Positions 1 through 9,580 of a stretch of DNA of 64,000 nucleotides are shown piece after piece (within the stretch, counting starts at the first letter, position 1; the number at the start of each line of letters is the position of its first letter). The stretch is taken from contig CAVCML010000052.1 of NCBI GenBank assembly GCA_963603335.1, positions 5,665 to 69,664 of the forward strand. The letters are read 5' to 3'. The stretch comes from Bacteroidaceae bacterium. GTDB lineage: Bacteria; Bacillota; Clostridia; Peptostreptococcales; Anaerovoracaceae. A program made the translations under genes and the position numbers. A model generated the notes under the pieces. It was not told where the DNA came from and did no database searches. It saw nothing but the letters and a program-made list of their open reading frames with translations.

Positions 1-786
1 CATGTATTGGGAATTTATGTTGATGTTCATATGACGGAGTTCAAATTGGAATACATCGTTGCAGATGCTTTTGGCAGCGAGAGAAAGCACGAGGAACTTT
101 ATCAGGATACTATGACATATGAATTTATAGAATCCATCATAGAGAAGGTCTTAAAAGAGGATTCTAAAATCAAGAGAATTTCATTTGGGATTCCGGGTGT
201 TACGGACCAAGATGTCGTAGAGGAATGCGATGTAAAGTTTTTAATCGGGATAAATATACGAAAAAGCATCAAGGAGAAATTCGGATTGGAAGCAGATGTA
301 AGAAATGACATGGACTTTATATCATATGGAATTTATAATAATGAGTCCATACATTCGGGAAATCTGGCAACCCTGTTTTTCCCGGAGGAAGACAGCAACT
401 ACGTAGGGGCGGGTTTTGTAATCGACGGAAAGGTGCTTCATGGGTTCTCTCATTATTCCGGAGAGCTTTCATGTGTGGCTGAAGGATTTGGTTTAAGCAG
501 AAAAAGACAAAACGAAATGCTGCATGACCGTGAAGAATTCTGCGAACTCGTTTCTAAAATGGTAATGATTGTTATAGGTACAATCGATCCTGAGAAAATT
601 GTAGTTATGGGAAATGATATTAAACAAAAAGAGATTATGCAGGTGTGGGAACTTTGTAATGAGGTTGTGTCTGAAAAACACATTCCCGACTTATCGGTAG
701 ACAATAATATCGGACAGAATTATTTGAATGGCTTGGTCAAAAACGCCTTGGATAAAGTTCAGTTCCCGATTTCACTGCGAATATAA
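1..786 (+). CDS. ROK-family sugar kinase/regulator-like protein, 5'-truncated by window edge
   Basis: The reading frame is open from nt 1, and the TTG at 7 is probably internal. The glycine-rich segment VGAGFVIDGKVLHGFSHYSGE resembles the ROK signature region. The N-terminal part is not visible. Confidence 0.5.
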   Translation, partial: HVLGIYVDVHMTEFKLEYIVADAFGSERKHEELYQDTMTYEFIESIIEKVLKEDSKIKRISFGIPGVTDQDVVEECDVKFLIGINIRKSIKEKFGLEADVRNDMDFISYGIYNNESIHSGNLATLFFPEEDSNYVGAGFVIDGKVLHGFSHYSGELSCVAEGFGLSRKRQNEMLHDREEFCELVSKMVMIVIGTIDPEKIVVMGNDIKQKEIMQVWELCNEVVSEKHIPDLSVDNNIGQNYLNGLVKNALDKVQFPISLRI

Positions 787-800
787 AGAAATGGGGATTT

Positions 801-3116
801 ATGGATAACGCAAATGATTTTATTATAATCCGCGGGGCACGGGAGAATAATTTAAAAAATATTGATATCAATATACCGAAGGGAAAGATCGTTGTATTTG
901 CAGGGGCTTCCGGTTCAGGGAAATCATCACTGGTTTTCAATACCGTGGCATCGGAGGCAATGCGTGAGCTGTATGACACTTTTCCTCTTTATGTGCGAAA
1001 TAGAATGCCGTATTATCCTGCGGCCGATGTTGAAGAAATCGAAAACTTAACAACGCCGATTATTGTTCGGCAAAGACCTGTGACGGGAGATTTTCGCTCT
1101 ACGGTGGGAACCCTCACGGGAGTCAGCCCAATGCTGCGGCTGCTTTTTTCGCGCTGCGCATCGCCGCATTTGAATTTGTCGAGTGCGTATTCTTTTAACG
1201 ACCCTGCGGGCATGTGTCCTTCGTGCAAGGGAACAGGCAGAATAACGAAGTTTGATTTAAACAAAATTTTTGATAAAAATAAATCTCTGATGCAGGGTGC
1301 GATTCAGCTTCCCGGATTTCAGGTGGGGAGTTATCAGTGGCAGGTATATGCCAATTCAGGCTTTTTTGATTGTGAAAAGCCTCTTAATCAGTACAGCGAA
1401 AACGAGTGGGATCTTTTACTTCACGGTTCCGGAAAAATCGTGAGCGTTAATAACACCACGGGATCGATATGGGCAAAATCGTATAATACAAAGTATGAGG
1501 GACTGCTCGATAAGATTGAGCGTTTATATTTAAAAAAATCTCAATCTGCGGTGAAGGGAACTGCACGAAAAATTCTCAGAGATTTTACCGTTACGGAAGC
1601 CTGTGAGAGCTGCCATGGAAAACGACTGAACGATACAGTGCTTAACAGCCGGTTAAACGGATTCAATATCTGGGAGTTGGGCGAGCTGGAAATATCGGAT
1701 TTGATGGATTTTCTGAACAAACGGCCTGAGGATCTGGGTAAAGAGACGATTTCTAAGATTTCGAAGGTCCTCGAAAATATATGCAGTATAGGACTTGGCT
1801 ATTTGACATTGAACAGAGAAACTCGTTCGCTTTCGGGAGGAGAAGCTCAGCGGCTTAAAATTATCAGTCATTTGACCGGTTCTTTGACCGGACTGATTTA
1901 TATTTTTGATGAACCGAGCAGGGGCCTTCATCCAAAAGATATCGACAGATTGAATAATCTGCTGCTTCAGCTGAAAAAGAAAGGAAACAGCATTCTCGTT
2001 GTGGAACATGATAGAAGCGTGATGGGAATTGCGGATGAAATCGTAGAATTGGGCCCGGGAGCAGGTTCTGAAGGCGGAAACATTGTTTTTCAGGGAACAT
2101 TGCAGGAGTTGAGCAAGGCGAATACTTTAACCGGGAAATGGCTCAGAAAACCGTTGTTATGGAATGTGCGGAAAGAGAAGAACGATGGTGCGGATGCGGT
2201 ACCGAATGAGAATCGGGTGTACCGGATAGAGCATTGCAGTGAGAATAATCTGCAGGATGTTTCGGTTGTGATTCCTAAGAATCAGCTGACGGTTATCAGC
2301 GGTGTTGCAGGTGCCGGAAAAACTACATTGGCATGTGTGGAGCTGCCGAAACGGATTCCGGAGGCAATTCGTATTACACAAGACCCTGTAGGCGCAACGG
2401 AGCGTTCCACACCGGGAACGTATTTGGGCGTTATGGATGATATTCGAAAAACCTTTGCGAAGGCGAATAATGTTGTGCCGGGAATGTTCAGCTTTAATGC
2501 AAAAGGAGCGTGCCCGGACTGTAAGGGAAAAGGAGTTATAGAAACTGAAATGGCATTTTTGGATCCGGTAATTTCCGTTTGCGAGACGTGCGGGGGCAGC
2601 CGATTCAGCTCAAAAGCACTTTCATATACCCTGCATGAAAAAAATATACACGATATTTTAAAGATGACGATTGCAGAAGCAGCAGAGTTTTTTAAGGAAT
2701 ACAAATTTGCTGAAAAGCTTCACAGACTGATTGACGTCGGACTTGAATACATCACATTGGGACAGCCTACATCGACGATGTCCGGTGGAGAGCTGCAGCG
2801 GTTAAAACTGGCCTCCAGATTGAAGTCAAAAGGTGCGGTTTACGTAATGGATGAACCGTCCACCGGACTGCATGGTGAAGATGTATCGGTTCTGATGCGT
2901 TTGATCAGGCAGCTCGTAAACAATGGAAATACAGTTGTTGCGGTGGATAATGATTTTGATGTGATTGCTGAAGCCGACCATATCATTGACCTGGGACCGG
3001 AAGGCGGAAAAGATGGCGGAACTGTTATATTCGAAGGAAGCATAGAGGAACTTTTAGAAACGAAAAACAGGTCGTATACGGCGGAGTATTTTCACAGAGA
3101 ATTAACCGCAAGATAG
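801..3116 (+). CDS. UvrA-like ABC ATPase (short class II / UvrA2-type paralog)
   Basis: 771 aa. N-terminus IIIRGARENNLKNIDINIPKGKIVVFAGASGSGKSSL. Two ABC modules (LSGGEAQRLK..IFDEPS and MSGGELQRLK..VMDEPS). Zn-finger CxxC pairs CPSCKGTG, CESCHGKR, CPDCKGKG, CETCGGSR. It is clearly shorter than canonical UvrA. Confidence 0.85.
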   Translation: MDNANDFIIIRGARENNLKNIDINIPKGKIVVFAGASGSGKSSLVFNTVASEAMRELYDTFPLYVRNRMPYYPAADVEEIENLTTPIIVRQRPVTGDFRSTVGTLTGVSPMLRLLFSRCASPHLNLSSAYSFNDPAGMCPSCKGTGRITKFDLNKIFDKNKSLMQGAIQLPGFQVGSYQWQVYANSGFFDCEKPLNQYSENEWDLLLHGSGKIVSVNNTTGSIWAKSYNTKYEGLLDKIERLYLKKSQSAVKGTARKILRDFTVTEACESCHGKRLNDTVLNSRLNGFNIWELGELEISDLMDFLNKRPEDLGKETISKISKVLENICSIGLGYLTLNRETRSLSGGEAQRLKIISHLTGSLTGLIYIFDEPSRGLHPKDIDRLNNLLLQLKKKGNSILVVEHDRSVMGIADEIVELGPGAGSEGGNIVFQGTLQELSKANTLTGKWLRKPLLWNVRKEKNDGADAVPNENRVYRIEHCSENNLQDVSVVIPKNQLTVISGVAGAGKTTLACVELPKRIPEAIRITQDPVGATERSTPGTYLGVMDDIRKTFAKANNVVPGMFSFNAKGACPDCKGKGVIETEMAFLDPVISVCETCGGSRFSSKALSYTLHEKNIHDILKMTIAEAAEFFKEYKFAEKLHRLIDVGLEYITLGQPTSTMSGGELQRLKLASRLKSKGAVYVMDEPSTGLHGEDVSVLMRLIRQLVNNGNTVVAVDNDFDVIAEADHIIDLGPEGGKDGGTVIFEGSIEELLETKNRSYTAEYFHRELTAR

Positions 3117-3140
3117 TTAATCGCAAAGAAGCAAATTGAA

Positions 3141-3173
3141 AAGGGCAGAACAAAATGTTCTGCCCTTTTTTTG
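3141..3173 (+). terminator. Rho-independent terminator after the uvrA-like gene
   Basis: 11-bp perfect stem AAGGGCAGAAC / GTTCTGCCCTT with a 5-nt loop, followed by a T-run. Confidence 0.8.
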
Positions 3174-3227
3174 TGTGTAAATCAGGTGGAATGATAAATG
3201 TATTATTAAAACTATCGAAAAAAAGTG

Positions 3228-3257
3228 TTGACAAAGCGTATCTTTCGGAAGTAAAAT
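3228..3257 (+). promoter_or_regulatory. Putative sigmaA promoter of the aminotransferase/B12 operon
   Basis: TTGACA (3228-3233), an 18-nt spacer, then TAAAAT (3252-3257), about 90 nt upstream of the ATG at 3346. Confidence 0.5.
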
Positions 3258-3345
3258 GTAGTCACGAAATATTTAAAGTATTTTAAAAATACATTAAATA
3301 TATATCGCGGATTGAATAAGTGTTTTTTAAAGGAGTGAAGTAAAT

Positions 3346-4662
3346 ATGGATATGGCAAATTTGTACAAAGAGGCATGTGAATATATGCCGGGAGGAGCTT
3401 CAGCGGGACAAAGATATAACGGCATCCTTGGACATCCGCTTTACCTGGATTCTGCAGATGGGTGCAGGGTTCGTGATATTGAGGGAAATGAATATATCGA
3501 TTATCATGGCGGTTCAGGTGCTGCATTATTCGGTCATAACCATCCGGTGATAAAAGAAGCACTGGTTAAAGCATTGGAACGCGGCTTTTTTATGAATTAC
3601 GACACCACAGATACATTGGAGCTGGCAAAATTGACAAGAGAAATCTTCCCGAGCTGCGAGAAGATCAGACTTGCCAATACGGGATCCGAAGCAACACAGG
3701 GAGCGATTCGCCTGGCACGAGGATACACGGGAAGAGACAAGGTTATTAAATTTGAAGGGCATTTTCATGGAATGCATGAAAGCATATGGTTTAATCACAG
3801 TGCAGTACGTGAAATGGATTCTTTCGGAGAAGTAACTACCGTACCTGATTCGGCGGGATTTGCAAGTGAAGCAAAAGAAAGTGTCATTAATGTGGTATTT
3901 AATGATATCGAGGCTTTAGAGCATGCGGTGAAGAAGTATGAGGGACAGATTGCCTGCATCATTCTGGAACCGATCAGCTTTAACTGCGGTTGTCTTGAAG
4001 CGGAAAAAGAATATTTAAAAAAAGTAAGAGAAATGGCGACCAGAGAAAATATTTTGCTGATCTTTGATGAAGTAATCTGCGGACTTCGCATGAGACCGGG
4101 ATCGGCGCAGCGGTATTATGACGTTTATCCGGATATTACAACCGCTGCAAAGGCAATCGGCGGAGGCCTTCCGATAGCTTTGATCGGCGGAAAGTCGGAA
4201 ATTATGGATCATTTTTCGCCGTTCGGTGAAGTGGTTATGAGTGGTACTTATACGGGATCTCTCATGCCGGTTATGGCTGCTGTGGAATGTATGAAAATGG
4301 CTTTAGCACCGGGATTTTATGATTATTTTGATGCAATCGGAGAGAAATTGTTCCATGGAATAGATGATCTCTTTAAACAGTACGGAATCCCGGGACATGT
4401 GAGAGGCGTGGGCGCCAGATGGGCTATTTATTTTGGCGTGGAAAATCCGGATGATGACTTTGACTTCCGCAGAATCGCCAAAGAATTCAATCGTGATATG
4501 GATAGAAAATTTGTGAGCGAGGCGGTAAAAAACGGGCTTTGGTTCCATGACACATCAAGTGATATTACTCCGGCGCACAGAGCCTTGATGACGACACATA
4601 CGATGGCGGACATTGATGAAACGCTGAATAAAATAAACGATATCTTTAAAACTATCCGTTAG
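3346..4662 (+). CDS. Class-III PLP-dependent aminotransferase (glutamate-1-semialdehyde aminomutase-like)
   Basis: 438 aa. Motifs MPGGASAG, RLANTGSEATQGAIRLARGYTGRDKVIKFEGHFHG and IFDEVICGLR. PLP-lysine context DITTAAKAIGGGLP. Confidence 0.85.
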   Translation: MDMANLYKEACEYMPGGASAGQRYNGILGHPLYLDSADGCRVRDIEGNEYIDYHGGSGAALFGHNHPVIKEALVKALERGFFMNYDTTDTLELAKLTREIFPSCEKIRLANTGSEATQGAIRLARGYTGRDKVIKFEGHFHGMHESIWFNHSAVREMDSFGEVTTVPDSAGFASEAKESVINVVFNDIEALEHAVKKYEGQIACIILEPISFNCGCLEAEKEYLKKVREMATRENILLIFDEVICGLRMRPGSAQRYYDVYPDITTAAKAIGGGLPIALIGGKSEIMDHFSPFGEVVMSGTYTGSLMPVMAAVECMKMALAPGFYDYFDAIGEKLFHGIDDLFKQYGIPGHVRGVGARWAIYFGVENPDDDFDFRRIAKEFNRDMDRKFVSEAVKNGLWFHDTSSDITPAHRALMTTHTMADIDETLNKINDIFKTIR

Positions 4663-4712
4663 AAATTTGAGATAAGGTTAAAGTCCGGAACATTTTTATA
4701 TGGAGTAAAAAG

Positions 4713-6689
4713 ATGAGCAGAATAATCGGAATAGATACAGGAGGAACCTATACGGATCTTGTTGTGATAGATGCGGAGCATAGAGACGTTCTGGCTAAGA
4801 ATAAGACTTTGACGACAAAAACGGATTTGAAGGAATGTATTCGGAAAAGTTTTGACAGCGTTCCGACGGATTTGCTGGATGATATTTCCATGGTATGCCT
4901 TTCAACCACACTCGCCACAAACGCTATCGTAGAGGGGCATGGCTGCAAAGTGGGACTGATTTTAATCGGAGGACGCCCTCGCGGTAAAATGATTTCCAGA
5001 AAGGTTTCTGTCATCAAAGGCAAATACGATATTAAAGGCCGGGTAAAAGAAAATCTTGATACAGAAGAGGTTCAGCAGGTTGTGGAAAGTTATCGCGGAA
5101 GAGTGGATGCAATTGCGGTGTCGGGATACGCAAGTGTTCGTAATCCCAATCACGAGCTTTATGTAAAACAGGTGGTGGAACAGACATTGGGAATTCCGGT
5201 GGCCTGCGCACATGAGCTTACATCCTCGCTGGGATTTTATGATCGAACGGTAACGGTGAATCTCAATGCAAAGCTGATTCCAATGGTATGTGAATTGATG
5301 GATGCCGTACGCAACGTCATGAACAGCTATAATATCAAAGCTCCGTTGATGATTGTCAAAGGAGACGGCAGCCTTATGACGGACATATGTGCACAGAGCA
5401 AACCAATCGAAACAATTCTGTCCGGACCGGCGGCCAGCGTGATTGGCGGCATGTATCTTTCCGGAGAAAACGAAGGTTTTGTTATTGACATCGGAGGAAC
5501 GACAACCGATATCGCTAATGTGACCGATGGTAAGGTGACGATATGTAATGAAGGTGCGCACGTCGGTGGATGGTTTACTCATGTGAGAGCGGCAGAAGTC
5601 TATACTGTCGGTCTAGGAGGCGACAGCAGGATAACGATTGACTCTTCCGGTACAATTCGGATAGGACCGGAAAAATCGATTCCGCTTTCAATGGCTGTTC
5701 AGCAATATCCTGATTTAAGAACGGAATTTAAGGAGCTGAGAAATCACAGCACAGAGAGTTCGTTCAGATTCCGCGATCATGAAGCGTATATATTGATAAA
5801 AAAATATGAGAAGCTTTCTTATAGCGATGAGGAACGCATTATCATAGAAATTCTCAGATATATGCCGCATACGCTGGATTATTTAAAGAGGAATATTAAT
5901 CTTGACAGGCTGAACACGGTTCTGGACAGCCTCGTAAAGGAAGGTGTCATAATGCGAATTTCATTGACACCTACCGATTTGCTGCATCTTACGGGTGAGG
6001 CTGAACTGTGGGACGCGGAAGCTGCAAAGATGACTGTGGAAGCGGCGTGCGGTTTATATAAAAAGAGTGAGGAAGAATTTTTAGACGATGTAAAAAATGT
6101 TATGCTCCGGAATCTGGATGCTTCATTTATTAAGGCAGCACTTTATTTTGACAACAGAGATATGAATCTTGAGGGAAATGACTTTTACGACTATTTTTTA
6201 AACGATTTGTTTTTTAAGCATAAATCAAAAGTTCTTGAGGTTGATTACAGGATTCCCAAAAAACTGATTGGAATAGGAGCTCCTGCCAAGGCCTGGCTGA
6301 CAAAAGCAGGGAAAAATCTCAGCACAAAGGTTTATGTCCCTGAAAATGCGGAAGTTGCAAATGCGATTGGAGCAGCGGTTGGAAAGGCCGTTGAGACAAT
6401 AGAAATCCTAATCCGGCCGGATTCACTTACCGGAAGATATCTGATATATTCTCCGATAGACAGAGCTGACCGAGAGACATTGGAAGAAGCGACAGAATAT
6501 GCTTTAAAGATAGGAGGTGAATGTATTAAGAGACTGGCAGAGAATCGTGAATACAGCATAAAACACGAGAAAGAGGACATGTACTTTGAAGATATCATAA
6601 ATGAAACATCCATTTTTATGGAACGCAAAGTACTGTTATCTGCACAATTCCGACATAGGAAAGGAGGTCAGAAATGGACCAAGGATTAA
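4713..6689 (+). CDS. Hydantoinase/oxoprolinase-family (ASKHA) ATPase; candidate B12-enzyme reactivase/chaperone
   Basis: 658 aa. It has two actin-like phosphate loops, IIGIDTGGTYTDLVVID and VIDIGGTTTDIA. Its 3' end overlaps the next gene by 16 nt. The reactivase role is inferred from context only. Confidence 0.75.
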   Translation: MSRIIGIDTGGTYTDLVVIDAEHRDVLAKNKTLTTKTDLKECIRKSFDSVPTDLLDDISMVCLSTTLATNAIVEGHGCKVGLILIGGRPRGKMISRKVSVIKGKYDIKGRVKENLDTEEVQQVVESYRGRVDAIAVSGYASVRNPNHELYVKQVVEQTLGIPVACAHELTSSLGFYDRTVTVNLNAKLIPMVCELMDAVRNVMNSYNIKAPLMIVKGDGSLMTDICAQSKPIETILSGPAASVIGGMYLSGENEGFVIDIGGTTTDIANVTDGKVTICNEGAHVGGWFTHVRAAEVYTVGLGGDSRITIDSSGTIRIGPEKSIPLSMAVQQYPDLRTEFKELRNHSTESSFRFRDHEAYILIKKYEKLSYSDEERIIIEILRYMPHTLDYLKRNINLDRLNTVLDSLVKEGVIMRISLTPTDLLHLTGEAELWDAEAAKMTVEAACGLYKKSEEEFLDDVKNVMLRNLDASFIKAALYFDNRDMNLEGNDFYDYFLNDLFFKHKSKVLEVDYRIPKKLIGIGAPAKAWLTKAGKNLSTKVYVPENAEVANAIGAAVGKAVETIEILIRPDSLTGRYLIYSPIDRADRETLEEATEYALKIGGECIKRLAENREYSIKHEKEDMYFEDIINETSIFMERKVLLSAQFRHRKGGQKWTKD

Positions 6690-8431
6690 AGGAATATATC
6701 CAAAGCCTCATCCCGGAAGGATTTCCGGATGGGAAAGAATTGGTCGAAGAGGGGCGTAAGATGGCTCCGGACATTAAGTGGAACAAGTCCAGATTTTTAA
6801 AAGAAACCGGGTATAAAAGCCATCTTGATTACAGAAAAGAAAATTTAAAGAACGGTAAACAAACATATCAGCTTCTTGTAGGACTCTCAACTTTGGAAGA
6901 GGAACTGGATGCGATTAAGAAAATCGATGAATTTCATAAGCGTACAGGTTTTGAAGTCCGGTCGATGCAGTCAATTCCAAGTCAGCTGGTAGGTCTTGCG
7001 CCGGAATATTGGGACGGAGCGCCGAAACCGACGAGTTATCTGATGGAAAAAGAGGAGGATTGGCTGGCCCATACGGATGCAGCTCCGGTGGATTGCTGTT
7101 GGCAGGATTGGCATCTGGCGAGCCCCAATAATCTGAAGGAAACCCATTATGCACTTAAAGCGGGAACCTCGCGGATGGGATGCTTTTCCACTTTCGTTTG
7201 GGAATATCCGGGATACAATGAGGAAAAGAAACGCTTTTCCGATATGTTTCGAACCATGGGCATTTTATCGGCGAAAAAGGAAGAGGGACTGGATTGTGTC
7301 ACATATCCGGAGGATGGACTTCCGGGGTATTTTATGGATGTAGTTTCTTATGTGGGATATGAGATGATAGAGCACTATATCATTGAGGATTTGTGCGGTG
7401 CTCGAATGGCATTGTCTTACGGGGGTCTGTTATCGGAGATTGTACCGCGTATGGCTTTTGTTCTGGCAATGGAAAAGCTGTACGGAACTGAAGAACATCC
7501 ATTTACGACGTACTATAACGGTTCCACAACCGAACAGTGGGATCACGATATAGAAACAAACTATGGATTGGGTGCATCTGAAATGCTGATTGAATCAATC
7601 GTTAACTTAAAGTATAATCTGCCGATTGTAATCAGTCCGGTTTCTATTACAGAGGCTCTGCGTGTTCCGACACTGGATGAACTGTTTAATATTGTAAAGT
7701 GCGGAATCGGCGTGGAGCGAAAAGCAAAAGAATGGCTTAAAATTATTGATTTTACTAAGTTTGAAGAAACACGCGATCTGCTGATTGAAAAGGGAACAGA
7801 ATTCTATAATAATGTTATGACGGCATTTCGGGAAGCAGGAGTCAATGTAGACGATCCTCTGGAAATGGTTATGGTTCTCAGACGATTTGATCCGGTGAGA
7901 TTTGAACAGGAATTTCATCCGAGCCAGCAGGAATTCGGCGGATATAAGCCGTATGTACCGACTGTACTCGGAAAAGAAACGATGGAGAAAAAGGATAAGA
8001 TCGTTTTGGATTTGAAGAGAAAGGGATATGACGGAGCTTTAAAGGGGAAAAAAATCATATGCGGATCGGCTGACGGACACAGCTATGGGCTGATGCTTAT
8101 TGACAATGTGTGGTCAGAAATGAGTGCGGATGTTATCAATAGCGGTACGTACATGGAGCCTTCTTTTATTCTGGATCTGGCGGATGAGGAAGATGCCGAT
8201 GTGGTTTGTGTCAGTGTCCATTGCGGACAGGTTCTGGATTATGCGAAACAATTAAAAGAACAGGAAAAAAAGCGCGGCAAGAAATACAATGTGGTTCTTG
8301 GAGGAATGCTGAACGCAATGCTCACGGGAAATACTGAACCTGTAGATGTTTCGGAAATGATTGAAGATATGGGAATCTGCGCAAGCAATGATTTTGAAAA
8401 ACAGATTAATTTTATGAATCATCATAAATGA
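6674..8431 (+). CDS. Cobalamin-binding-domain protein: about 460-aa unassigned N-terminal domain plus C-terminal B12-binding Rossmann domain
   Basis: 585 aa. DGHSYG (DxHxxG, nt 8072-8089), then 41 residues to SVH (the SxL position), then 26 residues to GG (nt 8300-8305). This matches the canonical base-off/His-on spacing DxHxxG-41-SxL-26/28-GG. RBS AAGGAGG lies 6 nt before the ATG. Confidence 0.75.
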   Translation: MDQGLKEYIQSLIPEGFPDGKELVEEGRKMAPDIKWNKSRFLKETGYKSHLDYRKENLKNGKQTYQLLVGLSTLEEELDAIKKIDEFHKRTGFEVRSMQSIPSQLVGLAPEYWDGAPKPTSYLMEKEEDWLAHTDAAPVDCCWQDWHLASPNNLKETHYALKAGTSRMGCFSTFVWEYPGYNEEKKRFSDMFRTMGILSAKKEEGLDCVTYPEDGLPGYFMDVVSYVGYEMIEHYIIEDLCGARMALSYGGLLSEIVPRMAFVLAMEKLYGTEEHPFTTYYNGSTTEQWDHDIETNYGLGASEMLIESIVNLKYNLPIVISPVSITEALRVPTLDELFNIVKCGIGVERKAKEWLKIIDFTKFEETRDLLIEKGTEFYNNVMTAFREAGVNVDDPLEMVMVLRRFDPVRFEQEFHPSQQEFGGYKPYVPTVLGKETMEKKDKIVLDLKRKGYDGALKGKKIICGSADGHSYGLMLIDNVWSEMSADVINSGTYMEPSFILDLADEEDADVVCVSVHCGQVLDYAKQLKEQEKKRGKKYNVVLGGMLNAMLTGNTEPVDVSEMIEDMGICASNDFEKQINFMNHHK

Positions 8432-8444
8432 AAGGAGTAGTGTT

Positions 8445-9527
8445 ATGCAAAACAAAAGCGCATTGAATTTAAATGCAGAGCAGGCGTATATCAATAAGAA
8501 AGTTGGAGTGGCAAAAGTCGGTATGGTGCTTTCCTGGGTATCATCGATTACAGCTATCCTGTTCGGAATTTTTAATACTGCGGCATCATCGCTGATTGAA
8601 GCGGATACAGGTTCGGATCTCAGCGGTCCGCTGAATCAGGCGATTGTCTGCATTACAATTCTTGGAATAGGAGAAATTTTTGCAGGAATTATGACTCTGG
8701 TTTATAATGCGGCCAAGGGCAAGGGAATCAAGGAATTCAAGAGAATGACCGGATTTAAAATTTCCTGGATGATGCTGTTGTCAGCTTTGGCTGCAGGTCC
8801 TCTTGCTACAGGACTGCAGGTAACTGCATACAGCATGGCGGGAATAACTTATGTGACGGCTATTCTGGCTCTGTCGCCTGTATTGACAGCGATTTTGGGA
8901 AGAATTATATTCAAAGAAAATCTCAGTAAACGTGCAGTTTTCGGAATCCTGCTCGTAGTAGCGGGTGCTCTGGTAACAACGTTTATCGGAACTCCGGATA
9001 CGGCAGGAAGCAACTTCATGGTAGGAATTATCCTGGCCTGCATTTGCCCGATTGGATTTGCATTGGAAGGAATGTTCTCAACTTATGCGGGAGATTTAAT
9101 CGATCCTATTGAAGGATGCGGCTTCTACAGAACTATTTGTTCCGGAATCATGGGACTTGCTGCAATGCTTATTATTGCGGGATGTTCCGGAAATATCGGA
9201 GTATGGACCGCAACGGTCAAAGCGGTATTTACAAATCCTTTAACGCTCGTATTTGTAATACTTTTCGCAGCATTTGTAGCACTTTCCTACAACACGACTT
9301 ATGTGGGATTCAATAAGTGCGGTCCGAGCCGCTGCCTGGCAATCGTATACACTGCACCGATATGGTCGATTCCAATCGGTTTGATTTTCGCACAGCTGAT
9401 GCCGAAATTCTATTCTTATGACGTAACCGGAGCAGCTATTATCGGTGCCGTAGTTGTAACGATCGGTGTAATTCTGGTTGTAATGAAGCCGTCGGAGCTG
9501 TTCAAGCTGCGTGATGTAGAAGAATAG
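8445..9527 (+). CDS. DMT-superfamily (EamA/GRP-like) membrane permease
   Basis: 360 aa, about 10 hydrophobic helices with an internal two-fold repeat. It lies 13 nt downstream of the B12-domain gene. Confidence 0.6.
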   Translation: MQNKSALNLNAEQAYINKKVGVAKVGMVLSWVSSITAILFGIFNTAASSLIEADTGSDLSGPLNQAIVCITILGIGEIFAGIMTLVYNAAKGKGIKEFKRMTGFKISWMMLLSALAAGPLATGLQVTAYSMAGITYVTAILALSPVLTAILGRIIFKENLSKRAVFGILLVVAGALVTTFIGTPDTAGSNFMVGIILACICPIGFALEGMFSTYAGDLIDPIEGCGFYRTICSGIMGLAAMLIIAGCSGNIGVWTATVKAVFTNPLTLVFVILFAAFVALSYNTTYVGFNKCGPSRCLAIVYTAPIWSIPIGLIFAQLMPKFYSYDVTGAAIIGAVVVTIGVILVVMKPSELFKLRDVEE

Positions 9528-9580
9528 GAAGATGTTTAGCAAAAATAGATTGCATTATCGGATGAAGAAAGGAGCATGAC

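Noticed and set aside
6674-8431. Specific naming of the B12-domain protein as fused glutamate mutase, 2-methyleneglutarate mutase or a CmuA-like methyltransferase
   Set aside because: By eye I could not align the N-terminal 460 residues to GlmE or to URO-D-type methyltransferase motifs. Only the architecture (a large N-terminal domain plus a C-terminal B12 domain) is shared, so I left it unassigned.
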